Below, in pieces: positions 18,261-25,131 of a stretch of DNA of 30,072 nucleotides. The notes beneath the pieces are model-generated. The model made no database searches. It worked only from the letters and a program-made list of their open reading frames with translations, and was not told where the DNA came from. The stretch is from the IMG/VR virus record IMGVR_UViG_3300030433_002706, positions 1-30,072 of that record; one strand, written 5' to 3'. The stretch is from a virus (lineage: Duplodnaviria > Caudoviricetes). Numbering within the stretch: position 1 is the first letter of the stretch; the number at the start of each line of letters is the position of its first letter. The translations under genes were made by a program, and so were the position numbers.

Positions 18261-19128
18261 ATGAATTTATTATTAACACTAATGCTGTGCTGCACAGAAG
18301 TATCTATTTCAAAGGTGCCACAGCCAACCAACGAGACAGGAATAGCGTCACCTAAGACAGACACCACAGAGCCATCAGAGCCAGCCGTAGAGCCCTCTTG
18401 GAGGGTACATACACTACTATCTTCGACAAGTGGCTTGTCCGGCTTGTATGGGAGAAGCACACGAGATTAATCTTGAGTTTGTTGCGAGGTTTCATGAGAA
18501 AGTTAATGGATCTTATACAGACTGGATTCCACCTCAAGGACAATGCACAAATAGTATCATAAGAACAGGCCCCGAGGTCACAATAATTGACTTAGGTCCG
18601 TCAATAAAGGCACAAAGTGCTGGAGGTGGATACATTTTTGCTCTCAAAGACTCACAGGGAATTTATAGGCAAATGCTACACTCAGACTCTACGTATGATA
18701 GAGACGCAGTTTATGATCTGAAAAGAGACGAAGAGTACATTACCTCATTCAACTCTTTTCACGGGTTTGATTCCATCGAGCCTTATGAATTACGCTATGT
18801 TGACCCTGCTTATGCTTTCGCGGTTCCAATTTATAGATCAGGTGCTACATTCTGGTGGGCTCCGTATGGATCAAACTCTACTTTTACTATCACGTTGGCT
18901 GTATATTCACCAGATGGGTCTTCCTTGCTGGGATACGTTGTGTGCTCAGGAACAGATAGTGGAATGATGACCATTCCCGGACAATATTTGTCCTCTTATC
19001 CTTATTGGGCTTTGGTTGCCGTTCATATGACTCGGCACAAAGTTGATATGGTCTTGTGGGAAGAGCAGAACACATTTATCGAAACTCATATGGAGTGGGA
19101 AGTCGTTGGGACGGGGCACATAGAATGA
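18261..19128 (+). pseudogene. Exported/lipoprotein-like gene split by a +1 frameshift (ORFs 18261..18470 and 18430..19128)
   Basis: The first ORF has a strong RBS, a hydrophobic leader with Cys and an EPS-rich linker; the +1 frame is open from 18391 (SPLGGYIHYYLRQVACPACMGE...) and has no RBS or signal of its own. May be a sequencing error or recoding. Confidence 0.6.
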
Positions 19129-19289
19129 ACAAGAGAGAAATAGAGGTAATTGAAGAGTCAATTAAGGCTTATCAAAGGTTGATAAATTATTTTGAAAAAC
19201 AAGTGAACATCCTACAGGGTAAAAAAGCAGAAAAGTGTTGCTTTGAAAAAAAGGAATTACATAAATTAAAAATAAAGAGGACAAAATGA
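19125..19289 (+). CDS. Small basic coiled-coil hypothetical protein
   Basis: MNKREIEVIEESIKAYQRLINYFEKQV...; ATGA overlaps at both ends. Confidence 0.5.
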   Translation: MNKREIEVIEESIKAYQRLINYFEKQVNILQGKKAEKCCFEKKELHKLKIKRTK

Positions 19290-19588
19290 CAAAGAAGCAA
19301 AAAGACATATTAGTAAAAGACAGAGAAAAATTAGGAAGACCTAAAAAATACAAGGTTGTTTTCTATAATGACGATTATACGCCCATGAACTTGGTTACTT
19401 TAATTTTAATGGAAGTATTTAATAAGGGTGTAAACGAAGCAAAGTCTATTATGATGAAAGTGCACAAACAAGGAAAAGGAATCGCAGGTGTCTACTCAAA
19501 ACAAATCGCAGAAACAAAAATACAAACTACCAAAATGTACGCACGCGAAGCAGGGTATCCCCTTCACGCCGAAGCAGAACCAGAGTGA
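19286..19588 (+). CDS. clpS: ATP-dependent Clp protease adaptor ClpS
   Basis: PKKYKVVFYNDDYTPMNLV...MMKVHKQGKGIAGVY...AETK...AGYPL; RBS GAGGA. Confidence 0.95.
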   Translation: MTKKQKDILVKDREKLGRPKKYKVVFYNDDYTPMNLVTLILMEVFNKGVNEAKSIMMKVHKQGKGIAGVYSKQIAETKIQTTKMYAREAGYPLHAEAEPE

Positions 19589-19646
19589 ATATTGTGACGT
19601 TTGTGAATGTGATCCTTGTGATTGCCACTGGGGGAACTATTAGTTC

Positions 19647-19865
19647 ATGTTTTTCAGTCGCGACTACTCAATTGGTGATTTAGTTTTATTTAAATCAAAT
19701 GTTAAATGGGACGATTGTTGCGCCATTGAGGGTGAGATAGGAATTGTAGTTGAGGTTTACGGACCAGATCAAGAAGAAATATTTTTTGATTTAAATATTC
19801 AACTAGCAGATGGCGGAACTATTCCTGTGTGGGCTGGGGAGGTGGAAAAACTAGAAGATGCCTAG
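19647..19865 (+). CDS. Small KOW/SH3-like hypothetical protein
   Basis: YSIGDLVLF...GEIGIVVEV...EVEKLED. Confidence 0.6.
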   Translation: MFFSRDYSIGDLVLFKSNVKWDDCCAIEGEIGIVVEVYGPDQEEIFFDLNIQLADGGTIPVWAGEVEKLEDA

Positions 19866-20088
19866 GCAATTTGAGTTAGGTGATTTAGTAAAACTATACG
19901 ATCCGGGAGACAAGGATCGTGATATCGGGATTGTCGTAGGGATAAGCCCTAGGAAAGCTCATCTTGTTTCCCATGGGAAAACAACAGTCATTCAGGTTTA
20001 TTGGCCAAAAATACAAGAAACCGATTGGGAATACGATTTTTTTCTTAAAAAACTTGAGGACTCTGACTTGACAAAGAAGGGACAATAG
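19858..20088 (+). CDS. Small KOW/SH3-like hypothetical protein
   Basis: FELGDLVKL...DIGIVVGI...IQVYW...LKKLED; RBS GGAGGTGG. Confidence 0.6.
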   Translation: MPRQFELGDLVKLYDPGDKDRDIGIVVGISPRKAHLVSHGKTTVIQVYWPKIQETDWEYDFFLKKLEDSDLTKKGQ

Positions 20089-20096
20089 GTTATATT
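20068..20096 (+). promoter_or_regulatory. Sigma70-type promoter
   Basis: TTGACA 20068-20073, 17 nt ending GT, TATATT 20091-20096; RBS TGGAGGAC. Confidence 0.85.
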
Positions 20097-20115
20097 ACAT
20101 AAAACTGGAGGACAA

Positions 20116-21198
20116 ATGAATTATATATGGAATTACGCTTTTAAATATTTTATGAGAAAACATTGGAACAACAATTATCGATCCGTTCCTGTATTCTTAA
20201 AGGAAATGGACGATGATATGGTAGGCAGTTACCGACATGATAGTCTTGGCTGTAACAGCATTATTATAGCCAACAATCAGGGTCTTGATGAAAGACAAAT
20301 GCTGGGCGTATTGCTGCATGAAATGTGCCATCACATTGTTTATGAAGAGTTTGGTATGGACGTTGAAGCCCACGGCTTTGAGTGGATGGCAGAAATGAGA
20401 AGAGTCGGCTTTGAAGACCCCGATTGTTTTACTGATGGTATTGAGCACTTCACGGAAGAAGAGCACAAAGAAATATTGCGTATGTTGAGAGGTGAGATAC
20501 AAGATTTTGAATTGACCGACTCTCTCTCGCTTATGAAAAAATTAGACAAGGGCTCTGTAGACTTAGTATTGACCGATCCTCCATACATTATCAGCAAGCC
20601 TTCTGGCTTCAAGAGCGTTGTTAACGGAGAGCAACGATTTGCAGTATCAACAGAGCATGGTGAATGGGACAAGGCCGAAAATTTTTCTCTGGAAGATTTG
20701 CGAGATTCCATTAATGAGTATTATCGAGTACTCAAGCGACACGGAACTGCCATTGTTTTTTGTGACCTTTGGAAGATTAGTGACGTAAAGCGTATAATGG
20801 AAGAAGCTGGCTTTAAACAAATTCGTTTCATCGAATGGCTAAAGACAAATCCAGTCCCTCTCAATTCTGGTAGAAACTATCTCACAAATGCTAGAGAGGT
20901 CGCTCTCCTTGGCGTAAAAGTCAGCAAGCCCACATTTAACTCACAGTATGATAATGGAGTATATCGTTATCCCATTTGTCACGAGAAAGGCAGGTTTCAC
21001 CCAACACAGAAGCCCCTAGCATTTATGGAAGCTTTGATAGAAAAACACAGCAACGTGGGGGACGTGGTATTGGACACATTCGCCGGCTCAGCAGCAACGC
21101 TGCTCGCCGCCAAAAATTTGCAACGTGGGTTCATTGGGTGTGAATTAGACGAAGAATTCTTTGTAAAAGCAGAAGAACGTTTGTTCGAAAGAGACTAA
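20116..21198 (+). CDS. SprT-like zinc metalloprotease fused to an N6A/N4C DNA methyltransferase (beta class)
   Basis: N-terminal VLLHEMCHH...HGFEW (HExxH plus distal His); C-terminal VDLVLTDPPY, HPTQKP, VLDTFAGSA, FIGCELD. Confidence 0.85.
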   Translation: MNYIWNYAFKYFMRKHWNNNYRSVPVFLKEMDDDMVGSYRHDSLGCNSIIIANNQGLDERQMLGVLLHEMCHHIVYEEFGMDVEAHGFEWMAEMRRVGFEDPDCFTDGIEHFTEEEHKEILRMLRGEIQDFELTDSLSLMKKLDKGSVDLVLTDPPYIISKPSGFKSVVNGEQRFAVSTEHGEWDKAENFSLEDLRDSINEYYRVLKRHGTAIVFCDLWKISDVKRIMEEAGFKQIRFIEWLKTNPVPLNSGRNYLTNAREVALLGVKVSKPTFNSQYDNGVYRYPICHEKGRFHPTQKPLAFMEALIEKHSNVGDVVLDTFAGSAATLLAAKNLQRGFIGCELDEEFFVKAEERLFERD

Positions 21199-21224
21199 TT
21201 AGAGCATACAATTGAGGCTCTATT

Positions 21225-22487
21225 ATGAATAAAGAAAAACTTATTGAACTCATCGAAGAGGTTCTGGGCGAACATGAACTCGATGAGAAGAAAAAGAAAC
21301 GTAAAAAAAGAAAGAAGAAGTCTAAGGGCAAGAAAGACGCTTGCTATCACAAGGTAAGATCACGCTATGACGTATGGCCTTCCGCTTATGCCTCAGGTGC
21401 TCTCGTTAAGTGTCGTAAGGTCGGAGCAAAGAATTGGGGAAACAAATCTAAAAAAGAAGAGTCTCTCCGTGAAGAGTTTCAAACTCACGATATGTATGAT
21501 CCAAAGACCGGCGAAAAATTCGTTGCCAAAAAAGAGCAAGACCACAAGGATATGGCGGCTAAAGGCTACACCCACGTTGACCCTAAGCGTATTGAAAAAG
21601 TTCTTCGAGACGAAGGTGGTGCTTCCGGTATGGACCCGTTCTTGAAAGAATTCGGCAAAGAAATGGAAGATGAAATAATCAAAACGCTGGAAGCTATGCC
21701 AAATGTGGGGCAACATAAAGATAAAGACTACATTCTCGACGATAGTGCAGAAGTTGAGATTGTCAAAGAGCGTAAGAAAAACTGCGGCTGCGGACAAGAC
21801 CCTTGTAAGACTTACGGAATGCAAGAAGAAAAGAAAAAGAAAGCCGGCACTGAATCAAGTAAAGAATCATCACTTCGTGACTGGTTTGGGCGCAAAGGAG
21901 CCAAAGGCTCCAAAGGCGGCTGGGTCGATTGCAACGCACCAGATGGATCTGGTGGGTATAAATCTTGTGGAAGAAGTGACGGTGAGAAAAGAAAGCGTTA
22001 TCCTTCTTGTCGACCAACGCCCGGCGCTTGCAAAGAAAAGGGCAAAGGAAAGTCTTGGGGTAAGAAAGGCGCAAAAAAGAAAAACGAGGCACTTGATATG
22101 CGAAAAGGAATGTTGTATGAAGGAGACGAAGCGATCCTTGAAATGTTTGAGGGAGCGACACTAGAAGACGGAAGTCTTGTGTGCGAGGCTTGCTTATTCG
22201 AAACGCTTCAGGAGGCTTCTTGTGGATGCCCAGATCTGGTTATGGAAGCAGAATACCGAGGACGTAAAGTCACTCTCAACAAGCCAATGCGCGGAGATGT
22301 AAAGAAGTTTAAGGTATATGTTAAAGACCCAAAGACCGGAAACATCAAGAAAGTAAACTTCGGGGATCCAAACATGCGTATTAAGAAATCTAACCCAAAG
22401 CGACGCAAATCATTCCGTGCTCGTCATAACTGCGACAATCCCGGCCCAAAGACCAAAGCTCGTTATTGGTCATGCAAAAAGTGGTAG
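21225..22487 (+). CDS. Modular, very basic Cys-containing hypothetical protein (possible virion internal protein)
   Basis: Short modules KDACYHKV...WPSAYASG, MYDPKTG...GYTH, CGCGQDPC, LRDWF...GGWVDC, and RRKSFRARHNC...ARYWSCKKW separated by Glu-containing linkers. Confidence 0.75.
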   Translation: MNKEKLIELIEEVLGEHELDEKKKKRKKRKKKSKGKKDACYHKVRSRYDVWPSAYASGALVKCRKVGAKNWGNKSKKEESLREEFQTHDMYDPKTGEKFVAKKEQDHKDMAAKGYTHVDPKRIEKVLRDEGGASGMDPFLKEFGKEMEDEIIKTLEAMPNVGQHKDKDYILDDSAEVEIVKERKKNCGCGQDPCKTYGMQEEKKKKAGTESSKESSLRDWFGRKGAKGSKGGWVDCNAPDGSGGYKSCGRSDGEKRKRYPSCRPTPGACKEKGKGKSWGKKGAKKKNEALDMRKGMLYEGDEAILEMFEGATLEDGSLVCEACLFETLQEASCGCPDLVMEAEYRGRKVTLNKPMRGDVKKFKVYVKDPKTGNIKKVNFGDPNMRIKKSNPKRRKSFRARHNCDNPGPKTKARYWSCKKW

Positions 22488-22494
22488 AAAAAAC

Positions 22495-22522
22495 TTGACA
22501 AATCCCTTCAACGTGTTACATT
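22495..22522 (+). promoter_or_regulatory. Sigma70-type promoter (variant)
   Basis: TTGACA 22495-22500, 16 nt ending TGT, TACATT 22517-22522; RBS TGGAGGAC. Confidence 0.7.
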
Positions 22523-22552
22523 ATATATAACAACAACACATTGGAGGACATC

Positions 22553-23089
22553 ATGAATGTGAAAATACTTAAAAACGCAACCAGAATTGGTGAGTTTACT
22601 AGAAACCTTACAGAAGCAAAAAAGAATCTAAACTTCAAGAAAGATAAAAACCTTTCTCGTTTTGATTTTACCAAAAACGAAGCCAGAGTCTACTTTATAG
22701 TTCTAAACAATAGAGTAGTTAAAATCGGCGGCTCTAATGCAAAAAATGGCATTTCCGGCACTATATCTCCTTATTGTTCAGGTAATGGTGGACGCCCTAG
22801 TGATAGAACCTATGGCGTTAACTATCTCATCGAGCAAGAGTTAAAAAAAGGAAGCAAAGTTGAAATGTATGCTCAATGGATGCCTTCAATTAAAACGAGT
22901 GTTCCAAGCATAACTGGTAACAAAAGCATAAGTGTTTCCTTTTCCTATAAAGAGATGGAGGAAGCCTGTGTATCAGAGTATTTGCTTTATACATCTGGGG
23001 CTCATCCGGAATGGAACTTTCAAGAAGCAGGAAAGCCTTGGCCAACTGAGATTCAAGAAGGAAGAAGAAAATTACTGGAGGCAAAATAA
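22553..23089 (+). CDS. GIY-YIG-superfamily endonuclease, Hpy188I-like restriction enzyme candidate
   Basis: Start re-assigned to ATG 22553; RVYFIV....VKIGGS......SPYCSG...NY...E...HPEWNFQE layout; coupled (TAATG) to an MTase. Confidence 0.6.
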   Translation: MNVKILKNATRIGEFTRNLTEAKKNLNFKKDKNLSRFDFTKNEARVYFIVLNNRVVKIGGSNAKNGISGTISPYCSGNGGRPSDRTYGVNYLIEQELKKGSKVEMYAQWMPSIKTSVPSITGNKSISVSFSYKEMEEACVSEYLLYTSGAHPEWNFQEAGKPWPTEIQEGRRKLLEAK

Positions 23090-24099
23090 TGACTACTAGC
23101 AAACAAAAAACAATATTAAGATATGCTGGTGGCAAATCTCGTGCCATCAAGCAGATTTCCCCATTCGTCGAGGACTACGACACAATTGTCAGCCCCTTTC
23201 TTGGCGGTGGTTCACTCGAGGTCCATTGGGCATCAATGGGTAAGAAAGTTATAGCTGCGGATATATTTGGTATGTTAATTAACTTTTGGAGTGAACTCTT
23301 AAACAACCCAGATTCTCTAGCTGATGAATTGGCTAAAATTTCTCCAACAGAGGAAGCCTATTCGTTGGTTAAAGAGTTGCTGATGTGCAATGCTGAGACG
23401 CAAAAAATGTTAAGCCACTGGAAGACTGATTTCTATAAAAGAGAACAGGTCTACCTACCTAACACAAAGCTTGCGGCATATTATTATTTTAACCATAATA
23501 CTTCTTATGGTCCCGGCTTTCTTGGTTGGCCATCTAAGATATATATGAATCAAGAAAAGTGGAACAAAACAATCCAGAAGGTAAGAGATTTTTCATGCCC
23601 AAACTTGTTTGTTTCTTGTTCTTCGTTTGAGAAAATTATAAAAAAATATCCAAATAATTTTTTATATTTAGATCCACCATATTATACCGAGAAAGACAAG
23701 GATAACAAGATGCTCGGAGGCATATATCCAATGAAGAACATACCGGTTCATCATGATGATTTTGACCATGAGTTGCTGCGTGACTTGTTAAAGGCTCATG
23801 AGGGAGACTTTGTGTTGTCTTACAATAATTGCGAGACAATAAGAGAATATTATGCGGACTTTGATTTCTACTTCCCCAAATGGCATTATTCAATGGACAT
23901 TGGCGAAACCAGAATAGGTAAGAATAGAAAAGACCGAACATCTGCTGATGAGCTAGATGAGGTAGAAAAATTGACTATCCGAATTGATGAATTGGAGAAA
24001 AATGCTGGTGACAAAGAGTTGATAGCTAATTTAAAATCCGAACGCCATGAGATAATGAAAAAAGAATCTCATGAAATATTAATAGTTAAAAAAACTTGA
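23089..24099 (+). CDS. D12/Dam-class N6-adenine DNA methyltransferase
   Basis: LRYAGGKS, SPFLGGGS, FLYLDPPY, FVLSYN, EILI. Confidence 0.9.
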   Translation: MTTSKQKTILRYAGGKSRAIKQISPFVEDYDTIVSPFLGGGSLEVHWASMGKKVIAADIFGMLINFWSELLNNPDSLADELAKISPTEEAYSLVKELLMCNAETQKMLSHWKTDFYKREQVYLPNTKLAAYYYFNHNTSYGPGFLGWPSKIYMNQEKWNKTIQKVRDFSCPNLFVSCSSFEKIIKKYPNNFLYLDPPYYTEKDKDNKMLGGIYPMKNIPVHHDDFDHELLRDLLKAHEGDFVLSYNNCETIREYYADFDFYFPKWHYSMDIGETRIGKNRKDRTSADELDEVEKLTIRIDELEKNAGDKELIANLKSERHEIMKKESHEILIVKKT

Positions 24100-24124
24100 C
24101 AAACAATAACTAACACGTTATATT
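24096..24124 (+). promoter_or_regulatory. Sigma70-type promoter for uvsE
   Basis: TTGACA 24096-24101 (contains the MTase stop), 17 nt ending GT, TATATT 24119-24124. Confidence 0.85.
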
Positions 24125-24156
24125 ATAAACATAATACAAAGACATTGGAGGACACA

Positions 24157-25098
24157 ATGACTAACTATCGACTAGGCTATGCCTGTATAAACATGACCCT
24201 TGGTGCACAAAAACCCAAGATTACAACTAACCGCTCTATGATCAAGCGAACTTTCAAAGAGAAAGGTATCGCATATGCATCAGAACTTGCGCTACAAAAT
24301 GTGAAAGATCTGCGACAAATTCTTGAGTGGAATTTACAAAACGATATTACGTTTTTCCGTATGTCCTCCGATATCTTTCCTTGGGCGTCAGAGTATGCTC
24401 TCGAAGACCTTCCTGACTTCAATGAGATTGAAGAAATTTTGTTTGAGTGCGGACTATTTGCTGAGGAGCATGGTATGCGTCTTACGACTCATCCCGGCCC
24501 ATTCAACAAACTTTGCTCGCCAAATGAGCAAGTGGTGCTTAACACCATCCGTGATCTTGAGATCCACGGAAAACTAATGGACTTGTTGTGCCAACCGCGC
24601 ACACCAAAAGCCAAAATCAACATTCACGTTGGAGGTGCATACAATGATAAACCTATGGCCCTTGGCAATTTTTGCCGGAACTACGCTAGATTATCAGACG
24701 CTGTACGGTCTCGACTGACTGTAGAGAACGACGACAAAGAGTCGCTATATTCAACCCAAGAGTTGTACGATGGTATATTCAAAAAGATAGGCATCCCCAT
24801 TGTACATGACTACCACCACCATACATTTTGCACTGGTGGTTTGTCTCAACTGGATGCCGTTGAATTGGCTATCTCTACTTGGGGTGATGTTCGCCCTGTT
24901 GTTCACTACAGTCAGTCACGCTCCGTGGAGCACAATGACCCGAAGATCAGAGCCAATGCTCACTCGGACTCATACTGGACTCCAATTGATACCTTTGGGT
25001 TTGATATGGATGTGATGCTTGAGTGCAAGCACAAAGAACTCGGTCTGTTCAAAATGAGACAATTGATGAACGATCAACTTTGCCTTGCGGCAAAATAA
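24157..25098 (+). CDS. uvsE: UV DNA damage endonuclease
   Basis: Start ATG 24157; RLGYACIN, FFRMSSDIFP, RLTTHPGPF, INIHVGG, RLTVENDD, DYHHH, VHYS, AHSD, MLECKHKE. Confidence 0.93.
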   Translation: MTNYRLGYACINMTLGAQKPKITTNRSMIKRTFKEKGIAYASELALQNVKDLRQILEWNLQNDITFFRMSSDIFPWASEYALEDLPDFNEIEEILFECGLFAEEHGMRLTTHPGPFNKLCSPNEQVVLNTIRDLEIHGKLMDLLCQPRTPKAKINIHVGGAYNDKPMALGNFCRNYARLSDAVRSRLTVENDDKESLYSTQELYDGIFKKIGIPIVHDYHHHTFCTGGLSQLDAVELAISTWGDVRPVVHYSQSRSVEHNDPKIRANAHSDSYWTPIDTFGFDMDVMLECKHKELGLFKMRQLMNDQLCLAAK

Positions 25099-25131
25099 AA
25101 GAAAACAACTACTTATGCTCGGAGATTTATT

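Noticed and set aside
22541-24156. TTG starts at 22541 and 24145 given in the ORF track
   Set aside because: These TTGs are part of the TTGGAGGAC ribosome-binding site; the ATGs at 22553 and 24157 are correctly spaced.
25075-25098. UvsE C-terminus LCLAAK as an ssrA-like degron
   Set aside because: The terminal Lys removes the free Ala-Ala C-terminus that ClpX recognises; likely coincidence.
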